Under the pieces are notes generated by a model. The model was not told the DNA's origin. It saw nothing but the letters and a program-made list of their open reading frames with translations, and made no database searches. From Craspedostauros australis (Eukaryota), in NCBI GenBank assembly GCA_030167865.1, contig JALAGF010001124.1, forward strand, positions 1 to 54,726: a stretch of 54,726 bases of DNA, read 5' to 3'. The translations under genes were made by a program, and so were the position numbers. Position 1 is the stretch's first letter, and each line of letters begins with the position of its first letter. Shown piece after piece: positions 51,001-54,726 of the stretch.

Positions 51001-51494
51001 TGAAAATACCTGCACGAGAAAGAGATGCCATGAGTGGTCCGTCATATAATATAATAGTATGAAGCCGAATTGCGCGAGTGTGTTGCAAGAAACCAATTGA
51101 AATCGCAAAAGGAGAGCAGCGGAAGATGGAAGGTCAGGTATTTTTCGAAAACTGATGCTGTTGCCGCTGACGAGATCGCGGTCGCTCAATCCATCCGTTC
51201 GAAATCGACTGCGTCATCCCGATCCACCAGCGCGTCCACACACGTTGATGCAATGCTCTGCATTCCACCTCCTGGCTGCAAGACCAATCCATCATACGAC
51301 CTCCACGCAACCACCGTCGCGTGAAACGACGAGAGGAACGTCCTTACCAAGTGATAGAACCGATCATCGCCTTGCGTCAGTGGCTCCGTTCGCTTGCTGT
51401 GAATAGGCGTGTCCGGATCCACCCATGTCGCCGATGCCCGCACGCAGATGCAATGGACCGCCAACGCCCGCACCAGGATGAACCTCCGCGCCAT
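48025..51494 (-). CDS. KRE6/SKN1-like GH16 beta-1,6-transglycosylase, ~640 aa, 7 exons
   Basis: Exons 51494-51348, 51009-50925, 50739-50485, 50220-49961, 49685-49632, 49394-48602, 48353-48025, phase-consistent (1923 nt). WVDPDTP, LVFSDEF, SAMLQGWNKFCFTGG, GLWPALWLLGNLARAT, WPFSY, catalytic RGAPEIDIIE, EPMYLLMN, EYVRVYQ, EGF-like module, C-terminal TM. Confidence 0.9.
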
Positions 51495-52359
51495 GGCTTC
51501 GGAGATGTGCGATTGCGGCGCTGCGCCTCGTCCTCCAGCTCCGTCGTTGTGCCTCTTGTTAGCTGACCGTCAGGCTTGCGTTTGTGTACGCGTCTGCAAT
51601 GGTGTATGGCAATGTCTCTATCCTCGTATCTTTGAGTGCGCGTGTCTCCCCTTGGAGGCCGCCTCTCACGAGTTCGATTGCTCAGATGAAGGCGAAAGAC
51701 AAGACAAAGGAAGGGAGATGGAAGCAGTTTGCTCTCTGTGGAGGCGAATGGAAACACGATCTTGGGACCTCCCGCAACACGGTGTGCCCCAACGTGGAAA
51801 GTCGAATCAATTCCTCCTCCTCACACACGCAGAGAGCAACGAAAAAGACAAATTGGAGGTGCACAACCCGAAGCGATGCCTTGTGGGACGGTTGGCGCAC
51901 CGCGTTCGTGAAGGAATACGCAACGGGTCTCAGAAAGAGAGAAGGGTGACGTAACCACCATCACTGTCGTCGCTGTCGTCGCCTCCGTGTTTCTTGTGTG
52001 GATGAGAGAGGAGAATGGTGGAGGCAGAAGGAACACAAAAGAGAAAAGGAGAGAACGGAGAACGCAAAGATACAAAGATCGCAACAAACTCCATCTGCGC
52101 GGAAAGGACTGTTTCTGTCTCTTCGTCTTCTCCGCAAACGCATGGGAATTAGTGGATCGAGAATGATCGCTGACGCAACGTCAGAATCCAAATTTGCCAC
52201 ACATCAAAACCATCCAACACACTGCGCTGTAAAATGCAATGCAATGCGTTGTGATGCAATGAGGAACGATGGCAAATCGACCTGCCACCTTCCATCATTG
52301 GTCCTCACACATCCGCATCGTGTCAACAACAATAACAGCACTAGCCCAAAGATCACGTC

Positions 52360-53091
52360 ATGATGTCACAGCCCCACTCTCTGCTCTGCATCGTCTCGGT
52401 GCTGGCAATCGCCATCCAACCGATCGCAGCATGGAGCAACCTCTTCAACCGACAAACCAGCGCCATGGCACCATCGATCGCCAAGCAGAATCTGCTCGAC
52501 AGCCTGGAAGATCCGTTGGGCTTCAACGCCGCCACACAAGAGCGCACGCAGCTCGTCACAGGGCTGACGATGGAGAACCCCACGCCAATGGCGGGATCGA
52601 CCGAATCCTTCCAACCGTTCGCAGTGGGGACGTGGCGCATCGTTTATGCACCACACATTGACACCGGCGGCAAGCTGCTGACATTTGGCAAAGGTGGTTT
52701 CAGCCCGGTTCTATACGATCTGAAGCCCGATGGAATCATGGTCTCCCACGCGCGGTACAACAACATTCCGTTCTTCGGTTCGGGATGGTTGTCTGTCAGC
52801 GGCACGTACTCCAGCGAAGATGAGGATACCACATGCAGAGTGGACTTTGACAAGGCGTGGATTCGCAGAATTGACGATGAAGCCGACGACAAAACGCCGT
52901 ACAGTGCGTTGGAGGCAGTGCCAGAGTCTCTCGAAAAGAGCATCATCCAAAGCCTTGGCAAGTTCTTCTTCATCGATTCCGTTTCCGTCTTTCCGGTTTC
53001 CTATCTGGACAATGACACAATCGTCTTTGATTTCGAACTGTTGAGGACGAGGATATGCGCACGCAAGATCGATCCCGCAGAATTCCTCTGA
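52360..53091 (+). CDS. PAP/fibrillin-family plastid lipid-associated protein
   Basis: Signal peptide ending PIAA|W (aromatic +1, diatom plastid leader type). AKQNLL...LTMENPTP...GTWRIVYAP...CRVDFD...SYLDNDT fit the fibrillin pattern. Confidence 0.72.
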   Translation: MMSQPHSLLCIVSVLAIAIQPIAAWSNLFNRQTSAMAPSIAKQNLLDSLEDPLGFNAATQERTQLVTGLTMENPTPMAGSTESFQPFAVGTWRIVYAPHIDTGGKLLTFGKGGFSPVLYDLKPDGIMVSHARYNNIPFFGSGWLSVSGTYSSEDEDTTCRVDFDKAWIRRIDDEADDKTPYSALEAVPESLEKSIIQSLGKFFFIDSVSVFPVSYLDNDTIVFDFELLRTRICARKIDPAEFL

Positions 53092-53863
53092 GTGCATACT
53101 CATATTCACGTGGAACCATAAGCCCAAGGGAACTGCTATACCCTCGTCGAGCCCCCTTCGGCTCGCTCGATTGGGCAGGCCACGGCATGCATTGTGATGA
53201 TGCTAGGCATGGTTGCAATTGCTCTCTCTCTCTCTCTCTCTCTGATTTGGAAGAGGCAGCACGGACTTGTCATGCTGCCTGCAAACATCCTTTGTCGGTC
53301 AACATTGGTCTCAGTGCGGTTTCTTGAGGTGAGGCATTGCATTGCATTGCATTGAAGAGAAAACGCAAACAGTAGCTCTGGATGCATCACGAATGTTCGG
53401 CAGGCAGAATACGGATATGTACGACCGATTCCAGATCTCAATTTGAGCCGAGATTGGCAGAAGAGTGGAGACGAGAAGGAAATCCTCTCATAGCTTCAGA
53501 GGAATGGATTCAACAACCTCAAAGTCGGCCAAAGCGGCAGCGCTAATCGCATGACGGACAAAGCAGAGTAAAATCTTATACAGTAGCGCACATGAGCACC
53601 AAGGAGTTGTCGGAAAAGGAGAAAATCCAACTTTATCTGTCGGAATCGGCAAGACTAAAACGCAACAAAGAAGCTGAACAGTTTCTTGCACCCATCGTGC
53701 TGTTTTGCTACTACTGAATTATCGCTAATGAGGTACTTGATCAGCCCTCTCCTTGTTTGTTTCTGTTTCTGTTGTTTTCTCGTTGGTGGCACCATCTCTT
53801 CCAGGGAGAATGCAAAGCTCTCTGCGTTGTGGTTTGGGATGGTTGCTCCTCTCTTTGTGTTGT

Positions 53864-53960
53864 TGTTGTCGTGCTTCCTGTGTTGCTGTTGTTGTGCTTC
53901 CTGTGTTGCTGTTGTCGTGCTTTCTGTGATGTTGTTGCTGTTGTCGTGCTCTCTTGTGCT
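53864..53960. repeat. Degenerate ~23-bp minisatellite, about 4 copies
   Basis: Units tgttgtcgtgcttcctgtgttgc / tgttgttgtgcttcctgtgttgc / tgttgtcgtgctttctgtgatgttgttgc / tgttgtcgtgctctcttgtgc. Confidence 0.75.
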
Positions 53961-53993
53961 GACGCACCCAGGCTGGTGCGGTGTGCTCTCATT

Positions 53994-54726
53994 TTATGCG
54001 TGCTCTGTTCGCCCATCTGTGGACACCACGCTGCCACTCAATCCGCCAGTTCCACTGCCGCCTGCACCCAAATCGCCCACGCGGCTGCGGATCACATCAT
54101 CACGGCGTGGGGCATCTTCATCGTTGCGGGGGCGCACACTTCCAGTCAGGCCCACCATCTCCATCTCGATGGTGTGCGTGGCAACACTCTCCTGGCTGCT
54201 GGATTGGGAGGAACTGACGGCGGCATCGGGGATGCTCCCACTGGGAGACCGCAGGCCAAGATTGGCAGCTGCCATGGCCTCCAAGTTCCGAGCCGTGCGC
54301 AGCTGCTCCTCAAGCACCGCCATCCGCGAGTTGGCGCGAAACTCACGCGCAGCAACTTCGTTGCGCATTTGCGCAAACTTCGCCGTCGCTTCGCGCTCCA
54401 ACTGCGCCTTCGCTTGGGCGTCCATGTGAGAGCGCTCTTTTGCTTGACGCAGGAGAGCCTCACATTCGGCGCGGGTCTTCCGGGCTTCCTCTTGGGCCTG
54501 TGCGATGCGTGCTGCGGCCTCGCGTTCCATCTGCTGCCGCATGGCGTCCACCTGCCCAGCGAAGTGGTTGGTAGCAGGAGGAGTCGCGAAGGCGCCATGA
54601 TTGGGAGTCGGAGAGCCAAATGGAGCAGGCTGAGGACCACCGGCTGTACCACCATGAGGCCGAGGTGGCATTGGGCCACCAAATGGATGGGCAAAGCCTG
54701 CTGCTGGCACAGTTGCAGGCTTTGGA
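53994..54726 (-). CDS. 3' part of a hypothetical Pro/Gly-rich and coiled-coil protein, truncated by the window edge
   Basis: Frame is open to the window end. P/G-rich stretch, then A/E/R/Q-rich helix (MRQQMEREAAARIAQAQEEARK...), stop at 53994-53996. Confidence 0.55.
   Translation of the reverse strand, partial: PKPATVPAAGFAHPFGGPMPPRPHGGTAGGPQPAPFGSPTPNHGAFATPPATNHFAGQVDAMRQQMEREAAARIAQAQEEARKTRAECEALLRQAKERSHMDAQAKAQLEREATAKFAQMRNEVAAREFRANSRMAVLEEQLRTARNLEAMAAANLGLRSPSGSIPDAAVSSSQSSSQESVATHTIEMEMVGLTGSVRPRNDEDAPRRDDVIRSRVGDLGAGGSGTGGLSGSVVSTDGRTEHA

Noticed and set aside
53686-54429. 247-aa hydrophobic Cys-rich plus-strand ORF
   Set aside because: Its composition is produced by the TG-rich minisatellite and by antisense overlap with the minus-strand ORF.

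Overview
Gene-dense eukaryotic nuclear DNA, most likely from a diatom or related ochrophyte. This is inferred from bipartite plastid-targeting leaders, FEA1/ISIP2a-like genes, a KRE6/SKN1-like GH16 transglycosylase, a fibrillin and GT-AG introns. I hand-built 22 protein-coding models with 19 frame-consistent introns of 185-541 nt. In order: a cyclophilin 3' exon, two tandem fucosyltransferase-like genes, a Cys-rich LNR-containing type I membrane protein, an F-box/cytochrome-b5 fusion, MOG1, a plastid-targeted pseudo-EF-hand/4Fe-4S protein, a small HSP, a B3GNTL1/QTGAL-like GT2, a low-complexity protein with a C-terminal Cys/His motif, a multi-IQ protein, a monoacylglycerol-lipase-like hydrolase, SNAPC3, two tandem FEA1/ISIP2a-like genes, a divergent TM9SF, an organellar RF1, Prp43/DHX15, a membrane-anchored glutaminyl cyclase, the KRE6-like GH16, a fibrillin, and a truncated coiled-coil ORF at the right edge. 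No rRNA, tRNA, CRISPR array or recognisable transposase/RT was seen. The best novelty candidates are the F-box-heme-domain fusion, the spliced 4Fe-4S protein hidden from the ORF track, and the diverged phytotransferrin-like pair. Family calls come from motif recognition by eye, not database searches.
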